From positions 1,632,001-1,696,000 of the forward strand of contig CBDCNP010000002.1 of assembly GCA_965219415.1 (NCBI GenBank): 64,000 nucleotides of DNA, given 5' to 3'. Below, piece by piece: positions 57,473-64,000 of this stretch. Below the pieces are notes generated by a model that saw only the letters and a list, made by a program, of their open reading frames with translations, made no database searches and was not told the origin of the DNA. Position 1 is the first letter of the stretch, and each line of letters begins with the position of its first letter. A program made the translations under genes and the position numbers. The DNA comes from Candidatus Marinacidobacterales bacterium (lineage in GTDB: Bacteria > Acidobacteriota > Vicinamibacteria > Marinacidobacterales > DATDRI01).

Positions 57473-57574
57473 CGTGCCGGTAGACTCCTATTGGTCGCCC
57501 GAGCCAGAGGCTCGAGCTCGATTCAAAATGAAGGGTCGCCTTATCGCCAACAGGCCGACCCCAGAAAGACGAAG

Positions 57575-57952
57575 TTATTTGAGCTCGACGGTCGCTCCCA
57601 CGTCCGCGAACTTCTTCTGGATCGCCTCAGCCTCTTCCTTGGGAACACCTTCCTTGACCGTTTTGGGGACACCTTCCACGACGTCCTTGGCTTCCTTGAG
57701 ACCGAGACTGGTCACCTCGCGGACGGCCTTGATGACATTGATTTTCTTGTCACCGACGGCGGTCAGCACGACGTCGAAATCAGTCTTTTCCTCGGCAGCC
57801 GCCGGGGCTGCGCCGGGAGCCGCCATTGTGGGCATGGCCGCAGCGGCCTTCACGCCGAGCTCGTCCTCGAGTGTCTTAACCAGGTCGGCCAATTCCAGGA
57901 CCGAAATCCCCTTGATGTAGCCAACTACGTCCTGTTGTGTAATATCTGCCAT
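57575..57952 (-). CDS. rplL: 50S ribosomal protein L7/L12
   Basis: EEKT.FDV and LGLKEAK motifs. Confidence 0.98.
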   Translation of the reverse strand: MADITQQDVVGYIKGISVLELADLVKTLEDELGVKAAAAMPTMAAPGAAPAAAEEKTDFDVVLTAVGDKKINVIKAVREVTSLGLKEAKDVVEGVPKTVKEGVPKEEAEAIQKKFADVGATVELK

Positions 57953-57997
57953 GAATCGCTCCTTCGCTTGGAGTCCTTATCGGACCCTTTTGATTAC

Positions 57998-58516
57998 CTA
58001 CTCCTTCGGCTTGTCCCCTGCGGCCTTCAAAACCAAGATGAGGTCGCGGGCTGGAGCCTCCAACACTCCCAAGAGTTTCTGCATGGGCGCCTGCAGCACG
58101 GAAAGGAACTGCGCCAAAAGCTCTTCCCGACCGGGCAGCGAGGCGAGTTGCTTGCATTCCTCTGGGGTGACTTCCTTGCCAGAGATCATCCCGCCCTTGA
58201 ACGTCAGTACCGGCACATCCTTCGCGAAGTCGTTTAGGATCTTCGCCAGCGCTGCCGGATCGGCTTCGGTGTAAGCCAATCCTGTCATCCCCTTTAGGTG
58301 AACATGGATCGGCTCCAACGAAGTTCCCTTGAGAGAACGGAGGGCCAGGGTATTCTTGACCACGCGGTATTTCGAGCCGGATTCCCTGATCTTCCTACGA
58401 AGCTTGGTGGCCTCCTCCACTTTCAAGCCACGAAAATCCAACGCGAATACGCCTGCGAGGACTTCGAAATCCTTATTTAGTTGCTCGACCGTTTCTTGTT
58501 TTTCGGTTCGATTCAA
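57998..58516 (-). CDS. rplJ: 50S ribosomal protein L10
   Basis: DFRGL.V, VVKNTL and LASLP.REEL motifs. Confidence 0.97.
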   Translation of the reverse strand: MNRTEKQETVEQLNKDFEVLAGVFALDFRGLKVEEATKLRRKIRESGSKYRVVKNTLALRSLKGTSLEPIHVHLKGMTGLAYTEADPAALAKILNDFAKDVPVLTFKGGMISGKEVTPEECKQLASLPGREELLAQFLSVLQAPMQKLLGVLEAPARDLILVLKAAGDKPKE

Positions 58517-58541
58517 TCGTTCCTCCCAGGTCCTCCGAGAC

Positions 58542-59234
58542 CTACTTGATTCCGACAGCTTGCGGGTCGATTCGTAGCCCGGGGCCCATCGTCGAAGAAA
58601 TAGAAATGCTCTTTACGTATTTACCCTTCGCCGCGGACGGCTTCGCCCTCATTACGCTGTCGACGAGGGTCTGTAGGTTCTCCAACAAGCTGTCATCGGA
58701 GAAAGAGACTCTCCCCACCGGAGCATGAACGATGGCAGTTTTGTCTACGCGGAACTCGACCTTTCCGGCCTTGATCTCCTGTACCGCCTTGCCGATGTCG
58801 AACGTGACCGTGCCGGTCTTGGGGTTGGGCATTAGACCTCGTGGGCCCAAGATCCTGCCGAGTTTTCCGACACTGCGCATCATGTCCGGCGTCGCCACGA
58901 CGGCCCCGAAATCCATGAAGCCGCCAGAAATCTTCTCGACCATGTCGTCCCCGCCCACCAGGTCGGCTCCCGCGTCTTCCGCTTCCTTGACCTTTTCGCC
59001 GGAGGCGATGGCCAATACTCGGCGGGTCTTACCGATTCCGTGCGGCAACACCACGGTGCCGCGCACCATCTGATCTGCGTGTTTCGGATCGACGCCGAGT
59101 CGCATCGCTAACTCGACGGTCTCGTCGAACTTTGTGTACTTCACCTTCTTGATGAGCGCGATCGCTTCTTCCGGTGTGAAGTCGCGTCTGTCGCCAATCG
59201 CTTCCTTTGCTTTGGTGTAGCCTTTGCCTGCCAT
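58542..59234 (-). CDS. rplA: 50S ribosomal protein L1
   Basis: [14 protein letters not shown] motif. Confidence 0.98.
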   Translation of the reverse strand: MAGKGYTKAKEAIGDRRDFTPEEAIALIKKVKYTKFDETVELAMRLGVDPKHADQMVRGTVVLPHGIGKTRRVLAIASGEKVKEAEDAGADLVGGDDMVEKISGGFMDFGAVVATPDMMRSVGKLGRILGPRGLMPNPKTGTVTFDIGKAVQEIKAGKVEFRVDKTAIVHAPVGRVSFSDDSLLENLQTLVDSVMRAKPSAAKGKYVKSISISSTMGPGLRIDPQAVGIK

Positions 59235-59309
59235 GTGTTGTTTTTCTTTAGTCCGCGTGGGGGCCCACCCCCAAGCGCGGCGCTCGCTCTGCGCTCGCGC
59301 CTAAACCCA

Positions 59310-59361
59310 CGACCGGGTTCCCTTGAGCACCGTATCTCACTAACTCAATTCCTCCCGGTCG
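59310..59361 (-). promoter_or_regulatory. Possible L1-binding autoregulatory hairpin upstream of rplA
   Basis: CGACCGGGAGG...TTGAG/CTCAA...GAACCCGGTCG; the GGGAG internal loop resembles L1 operators. Confidence 0.45.
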
Positions 59362-59403
59362 GGCGACCCTAACGGGTCGCTGACTTGCTCTCGTTGCTTG
59401 TGC

Positions 59404-59826
59404 TTACTGCTCTACCTCTATGCCCATGCTGCGGGCGGTTCCCATCACGATCTTCTTCGCCGCTTCGATGTCGCTCGCGTTGAGGTCTGGCATCTTGGTC
59501 TTCGCGATCTCTTCGACCTGTTGGAGCGTCACCTTGCCGACTTTGTCGCGATTCGGCTCGCCGGAGCCCTTCGCGATCCCGACCGCCCGCTTCAACAGCA
59601 CCGAGGCCGGGGGCGTTTTGGTGATGAAACTGTAAGAACGATCCTGATAGACGGTGATGACCACCGGAATGATCAACCCCTCCTGCTTATTCGTCTTGGC
59701 GTTGAAGGCCTTGCAGAAATCCATGATGTTGACGCCGTGCTGGCCGAGCGCCGGTCCAACCGGGGGCGCCGGCGTAGCCTTACCCGCCGGTATGTGAAGT
59801 TTGATGAGTCCCAGTACTTTTTTCAT
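59404..59826 (-). CDS. rplK: 50S ribosomal protein L11
   Basis: [10 protein letters not shown] motif. Confidence 0.98.
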   Translation of the reverse strand: MKKVLGLIKLHIPAGKATPAPPVGPALGQHGVNIMDFCKAFNAKTNKQEGLIIPVVITVYQDRSYSFITKTPPASVLLKRAVGIAKGSGEPNRDKVGKVTLQQVEEIAKTKMPDLNASDIEAAKKIVMGTARSMGIEVEQ

Positions 59827-59860
59827 GTAAGTCCGTTTACATTAGTTAACTATCGCGCTC

Positions 59861-59917
59861 CCCGCCTCCGCTCTTCGAGCTTCGGCGAGGTCCCGCCGTA
59901 GCCTTGGCGAAGGCGGA
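59861..59917. repeat. Family B cruciform element
   Basis: CCCGCCTCCGCTC-ttc-GAGCTTCGGCG..CGCCGTAGCC-tt-GGCGAAGGCGGA. Confidence 0.8.
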
Positions 59918-59936
59918 CGCTCGGGCTCAGGGCCGC

Positions 59937-60467
59937 TCATGTTTTCTCGACCTGCAAGAAATCTAGCTCGACCGGGGTCGAGCGCCCGAAAATCGTGACC
60001 ATGACCTTCAACGTATTTCGGTCCAGGTTCACCTCATCGACCACACCGGAAAAGTTACTAAAGGGACCGTCGATGATACGCACCGGCTCACCCGCCTCGA
60101 AGGTGTATTTGGGTTTCGGCTTTTCCGCCGCAACCGTGACCTGCTGGATGACTTGATCCACTTCCTCTTGGCTCAGCGGGGCCGGCCTTTGCCCCGCCCC
60201 TACGAAGCCGGTGACTTTTGGAGTGTTCTTCACGACGTGCCAAATGTTGTCGTTCATATCCATCTGCACTAGCACGTATCCGGGGAAGAATCTCTTGGCG
60301 CTCACGACCTTCTTGCCGCCCTTCATCTCGACGACATCCTCGGTCGGGATCAAAACCTCACCGATTTGCTCTTCCAACCCGAAGGCCTGAACTCTCTGTT
60401 TCAGGCTGTCCGCCACTTTCTTCTCGAACCCGGAGTAGGTGTGGACGATGTACCACTGTTTAGACAT
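59937..60467 (-). CDS. nusG: Transcription factor NusG
   Basis: [15 protein letters not shown] and IFGR.TPVEL motifs. Confidence 0.98.
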   Translation of the reverse strand: MSKQWYIVHTYSGFEKKVADSLKQRVQAFGLEEQIGEVLIPTEDVVEMKGGKKVVSAKRFFPGYVLVQMDMNDNIWHVVKNTPKVTGFVGAGQRPAPLSQEEVDQVIQQVTVAAEKPKPKYTFEAGEPVRIIDGPFSNFSGVVDEVNLDRNTLKVMVTIFGRSTPVELDFLQVEKT

Positions 60468-60489
60468 TACGGTTTCGGTCCTCACAAGA

Positions 60490-60708
60490 TTACTGAGCCC
60501 CTACCAGTCGAGTTACGGCCGCCGCGGCGTATGACATGACCAGGTCCAGTCCGTACAGGTAAAAGCCGAAGAAAAATACCGTTAAAACGACCACCCGCGT
60601 GGTCCCTTGGACTTCCTTCCGGGGAGGCCACGTGACCTTCTTGAACTCGTTACGAACCTCAGCGACGAACGTCCGCGCCCGGGTTAAAGAGTCTCCGATC
60701 TTGCTCAA
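60490..60708 (-). CDS. secE: Preprotein translocase SecE
   Basis: E.KKVTWP followed by a single TM. Confidence 0.95.
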   Translation of the reverse strand: MSKIGDSLTRARTFVAEVRNEFKKVTWPPRKEVQGTTRVVVLTVFFFGFYLYGLDLVMSYAAAAVTRLVGAQ

Positions 60709-60727
60709 CGTGTGTTGCCCCTTCGAG

Positions 60728-60803
60728 TGGCAGGCCAGGAGGGACTCGAACCCCCAGCCCCCGGTTTTGGAGACCGGTGCTCTACCAATTGAGCTACTGG
60801 CCT
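60728..60803 (-). tRNA. tRNA-Trp(CCA)
   Basis: 76-nt cloverleaf with encoded CCA end. Confidence 0.97.
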
Positions 60804-60842
60804 ACGGCTTGCCCCCACAGGGATACCAGGCCGCCTCCTCAC

Positions 60843-60995
60843 TTATTTCGTTTCCCGATGCGATGTGTGTATCCGGCAGAAGCGGCAGTACTTCTTAAAC
60901 TCCAAACGCTCGGTAGTCTTCTTCTTGTTCCGTGTAGTCGAGTAGTTCCGCCTCTTGCAGTCGGCACATGCTAGAGTCACGATATCCCGCGCCAT
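60843..60995 (-). CDS. rpmG: 50S ribosomal protein L33
   Basis: Hand translation [50 protein letters not shown]. Confidence 0.97.
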   Translation of the reverse strand: MARDIVTLACADCKRRNYSTTRNKKKTTERLEFKKYCRFCRIHTSHRETK

Positions 60996-61003
60996 GGCTT
61001 CAC

Positions 61004-62203
61004 CTACTCGATGATATCGGTGATGGTGCCGGCACCCACCGTACGACCGCCTTCGCGAATCGCGAATCGCAGCCCCTTCTCCATTGCGATGGGCGTGATC
61101 ATCTCGATCGTCAAATTCGTGTTGTCACCCGGCATGACCATCTCCACTCCACTCGACATCGTCGCCACTCCCGTCACGTCCGTCGTACGAAAATAAAACT
61201 GCGGACGATATCCAGTGAAAAACGGCGTGTGACGTCCTCCCTCTTCTTTCGTCAGGACGTAGACTTCACCCTTGAACTTCGTGTGCGGCGTGATCGAACC
61301 CGGCTTCGCAAGCACCATGCCTCGCTCCACTTCGTCTTTCTCCGTCCCGCGAAGCAATACTCCGATGTTGTCTCCCGCCATTCCTTCGTCCAGGAGCTTC
61401 TTGAACATCTCCACTCCAGTCACTATCCGCTTTCGCGTCTCCTGGATTCCAACGATCTCAAGCTCTTCACTCACCTTCACCTTGCCGCGGTCCACACGAC
61501 CCGTCACTACCGTCCCACGACCAGAAATAGAGAACACATCCTCGATCGGCATCAGGAACGGCTTGTCGATGTCTCGCTCCGGTAGCGGAACATACTCATC
61601 GAGAGCCGCCATCAAGTCCATAATCGCCTTGCTCTCTTCCGCCTTCGGATCGCCGCTTCCCTCCAACGCCTTCAGTGCACTTCCACGCACGATTGGGATG
61701 TCGTCGCCAGGAAACTCGTACTGCGACAATAACTCCCGCACCTCAAGCTCCACCAAGTCCAATAGCTCTGGATCGTCCACCGCATCCGTCTTGTTCAAAA
61801 ACACCACGATGTACGGCACTCCAACCTGACGCGCCAACAAAATGTGCTCGCGAGTCTGCGGCATCGGTCCGTCCGCCGCCGAAACCACCAGGATCGCTCC
61901 ATCCATCTGCGCCGCTCCCGTTATCATGTTCTTCACATAATCCGCGTGACCCGGGCAGTCTACGTGCGCGTAGTGACGGTTATCCGTCGTGTACTCAACG
62001 TGCGCCGTCGCGATCGTGATCCCTCGCTCTCGCTCCTCTGGTGCGTTGTCGATCGAGTCGAAGCTCCGGAACGACACCTTGTCGTCCATGCTGTGCAGGA
62101 TCTTCGTTATCGCCGCCGTCAACGTCGTCTTCCCGTGGTCCACGTGTCCTATCGTGCCAACGTTTACATGCGGCTTACTTCGATCAAATTTCTCCTTCGC
62201 CAT
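61004..62203 (-). CDS. tuf: Elongation factor Tu (tRNA-linked copy)
   Basis: Near-identical to 43978-45177. Confidence 0.99.
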   Translation of the reverse strand: MAKEKFDRSKPHVNVGTIGHVDHGKTTLTAAITKILHSMDDKVSFRSFDSIDNAPEERERGITIATAHVEYTTDNRHYAHVDCPGHADYVKNMITGAAQMDGAILVVSAADGPMPQTREHILLARQVGVPYIVVFLNKTDAVDDPELLDLVELEVRELLSQYEFPGDDIPIVRGSALKALEGSGDPKAEESKAIMDLMAALDEYVPLPERDIDKPFLMPIEDVFSISGRGTVVTGRVDRGKVKVSEELEIVGIQETRKRIVTGVEMFKKLLDEGMAGDNIGVLLRGTEKDEVERGMVLAKPGSITPHTKFKGEVYVLTKEEGGRHTPFFTGYRPQFYFRTTDVTGVATMSSGVEMVMPGDNTNLTIEMITPIAMEKGLRFAIREGGRTVGAGTITDIIE

Positions 62204-62521
62204 GGCTATTCTCCAATGAGTTCGGTTTGATGAGTGTTCTTCACTTTGCGGACCTGGTTTGCGCCAGGGCTTCTCTCCTCGAGACTCGCTAGCCCGTGCG
62301 TCTCGCTTTCCCCCGGGCTGGATGCCCCGGTGACCGCGACCGACGCCTGGCTACTTCCGACAATGGCAACCGGCGGCTGGCTAGCGTTATTACTAGCAAC
62401 TTTCACTTTTGACGCCAGAAACGTGACAGCACTCCGACGGTTCGGCGTCCCGCAGAGCCTGGGAGCCTTAGTCCGCCAGGTTCGCGGCAAGTTACTAAGC
62501 GTCAGTCCTATGAAAACGTTA

Positions 62522-62596
<75 letters not shown>

Positions 62597-62660
62597 CCGA
62601 TTTCCTTGCTTCTTATCCCTCGTCGGCCCCTGCCAACTCGAAGCCCAACGTCTTCGATAA

Positions 62661-62736
62661 TGGAGCGGGAGACGGGACTCGGACCCGCGACCCTCAGCTT
62701 GGAAGGCTGATGCTCTACCAACTGAGCTACTCCCGC
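62661..62736 (-). tRNA. tRNA-Gly(TCC)
   Basis: 76-nt cloverleaf; T-loop reads TCCGA instead of TTCGA. Confidence 0.95.
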
Positions 62737-62845
62737 CCTGGCAAGTCGAATCGGCCGGCCTTCTCGAGCTCTGGGGGCCTCGATCGGCTCTTGCATCGAT
62801 TTCGGCAATTTCACCGGGCTCAGCAATTTCACCAAGCGGAGGTTC

Positions 62846-62932
62846 TGGTGGAGAGGGGAGGATTCGAACCTCCGAAGGCCTGAGGCCGGCAGATTTACAG
62901 TCTGCAGCGTTTGACCGCTTCGCTACCTCTCC
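62846..62932 (-). tRNA. tRNA-Tyr(GTA)
   Basis: 87 nt with long variable arm and CCA end. Confidence 0.97.
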
Positions 62933-63012
62933 GCCTATGACATGTAGCGAGTGAATCGAGCCTTGGGCAACTATGGTCGGGTCGGGGATTATCACTTTAA
63001 AGTGCCTCGAAC

Positions 63013-63087
63013 TGGAGCTGGCGAAGGGATTTGAACCCCCGACCCGCTGATTACAAATCAGCTGCTCTACCACTGAGCTACGCCAGC
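63013..63087 (-). tRNA. tRNA-Thr(TGT)
   Basis: 75-nt cloverleaf with CCA end. Confidence 0.97.
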
Positions 63088-63100
63088 TCGCAAACTAGCG

Positions 63101-63129
63101 AGTGTAGCATAGAGGTTGTGTTGCCGCAA
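63101..63129 (-). promoter_or_regulatory. Promoter of the tRNA-tuf operon
   Basis: TTGCGG-17-TACACT with extended TG. Confidence 0.7.
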
Positions 63130-63281
63130 TAGGAAAAAGGCTCGTCCCGAGCACTTTCCGCGTCCCAAACGCGGCGCGTAGAGGCGATTAGGACGTTGGC
63201 CGCTACTATCGGGCGGGGTAGGACGTCGGGGCCGCTATCGAACGCGGCAGGACGCCACTTCCGAGCGCTTTCGCGCCGATT

Positions 63282-64000
63282 TTAGCTGCCTCGCGGAACC
63301 TCGTCGCCGTGCTCTCTTTGGCGGAGGACCTCGTAGAGAACCACCCCGGCCGCCACCGACAAGTTGAGCGAGCCCACGCTCCCTCGCTGGGGCAAGGAAA
63401 CGAGCTCGTCGCACGTCTTCGAAACCAGTGGGCGAAGACCGCTCCCCTCGGAACCCAACACCAGAACCAGTGGCACGGTGTAGTCGAACTGATACCAGGG
63501 TATGGCTCCGTCGGGAGCCAAGCCCACCACCCATATGCCTTTTTCTTTCAGCTTCTTCAGGGCACTCGTCAGATTGGTCACCCTGGCTAGCCGTGTATGG
63601 AGGAGCGCTCCGGCGGAGGCCGCAACGGCGACTCCAGATGGGGGAGCGCTCCCCCTTTGAGGAACCAAGATTCCAAAGACGCCTGCCCCGTCGGCGGTGC
63701 GGGCCACCGCTCCCAGATTGCGAGGATCCTCGAGTCGATCGAGAGCCAACAGAAGTGCCGGTTCAGGGACCTCTGCTAGTACCTCGTCCAGGTTCCACCA
63801 CCGGAGAGCCGCCATTTCCGCGACGACTCCCTGATGGTGACCGGAGGACGCCAGGCGCTTGAGGACCCGGGGGTGCTCGCGGTAGACGGGTACTCCTTCG
63901 GCCCGCGCGAGATCGAGGATCTCCTGGGCGCGGGCATCCAAACGACCTTCCGAGATGACGACCTTGCGAACCCTCCCAGGGGAGCCCCGGAGGGCTTCAC
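63282..64000 (-). CDS. rlmB: 23S rRNA Gm2251 2'-O-methyltransferase (5' truncated by window edge)
   Basis: HQGVVA, DPRNLGA..RTA, LVLGSEG.G and SLNLSVAAG SPOUT motifs. Confidence 0.93.
   Translation of the reverse strand, partial: EALRGSPGRVRKVVISEGRLDARAQEILDLARAEGVPVYREHPRVLKRLASSGHHQGVVAEMAALRWWNLDEVLAEVPEPALLLALDRLEDPRNLGAVARTADGAGVFGILVPQRGSAPPSGVAVAASAGALLHTRLARVTNLTSALKKLKEKGIWVVGLAPDGAIPWYQFDYTVPLVLVLGSEGSGLRPLVSKTCDELVSLPQRGSVGSLNLSVAAGVVLYEVLRQREHGDEVPRGS

Noticed and set aside
62206-62490. 94-aa ORF upstream of tuf
   Set aside because: TTG start, no RBS and no recognisable motif; it lies in a tRNA-tuf spacer.

Overview
GC-rich bacterial chromosome window, most likely Acidobacteriota (inferred mainly from a Cys-rich insertion in RpoB). 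The left 27 kb is mixed. It holds a radical SAM/metallophosphoesterase/ArsM/PiT-pseudogene cluster, a complete IS3-family element, redox and acyl-CoA enzymes, a Ser/Thr kinase-WD40 protein, an orphan PilMNOP-like block, and a second EF-G gene preceded by a structured non-coding leader. The right 36 kb is the conserved minus-strand tRNA-tuf-secE-nusG-rplKAJL-rpoBC-str-S10-spc-alpha supercluster. The least explained signals are non-coding. (1) A ~110-nt RNA with paired ends lies behind a strong promoter upstream of EF-G2. (2) A 40-bp dispersed motif with a variable 7-bp core is also amplified as a 3x100-bp tandem array. (3) A cruciform palindromic element is inserted, without target duplication, inside another repeat. 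(4) Micro-duplications containing stop codons follow several ribosomal genes. All calls come from reading the sequence by eye; no database search was run, so novelty is unverified.
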